DNA of 64,000 bases from Rhynchobatus australiae. Its lineage: Eukaryota. Shown here piece after piece: positions 63,787 through 64,000 of the stretch. The position numbers and the translations under genes were made by a program. Positions within the stretch are counted from its first letter, which is position 1. Every line of letters starts with the position of its first letter. The notes under the pieces are model-generated. The model did no database searches. It was given only the letters and a program-made list of their open reading frames with translations, and was not told where the DNA came from. The stretch covers positions 85,989,963 through 86,053,962 of the forward strand of contig JAUZTB010000098.1 of NCBI GenBank assembly GCA_034780895.1, given 5' to 3'.

Positions 63787-64000
63787 GTAAAAGATTATTT
63801 GGTTCCTCCAGCTTGTCATGGGTACAGAAGGAAATGTTGCCATGCTAGTCTAATATATAGGCACCAGAGGAGACAATTTAGTTGCTCAGGCTTGATACAT
63901 AGAAAGGGAAGTGGTGCATTAATCTCTTGTTTATATTACATACTGTAGGTGTACAAGAAAGTTGTTTGGTTCTTTTGAACCTCTTACAATCAATGATAGA

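Noticed and set aside
1-64000. CRISPR arrays, operons or prokaryotic defence systems
   Set aside because: The window is vertebrate repeat-rich DNA with no regularly spaced repeats or dense ORFs.

Overview
Eukaryotic, AT-rich, repeat-dense non-coding DNA from a gapped draft assembly. The repeat repertoire (HE1/V-SINEs, Deu-type SINEs, CR1/HER1, Rex1/Babar, RTE and L2 LINE fragments) points to a cartilaginous fish (ray or shark). I recognise no intact protein-coding gene. Most ORF-track entries run through N gaps or are decayed retroelement fragments. Unique sequence includes a CpG-rich patch at about 13.0-13.7 kb ending in GCCATG|GTGAGT (candidate first exon), several short + strand segments with good splice sites, and enhancer-like blocks. 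The most notable observations are: (1) a MITE-like element at 63412-63786 with 101-bp terminal inverted repeats, TG...CA ends and a 5-bp GTAAA target duplication; (2) a perfect 39-bp-arm hairpin split by a probably false gap at 41426-41625; (3) a mammalian-type L1 ORF2 fragment directly after a gap at 42696, most likely contamination. Repeat family names come from recalled consensus motifs, not a database search, and repeat boundaries are approximate.
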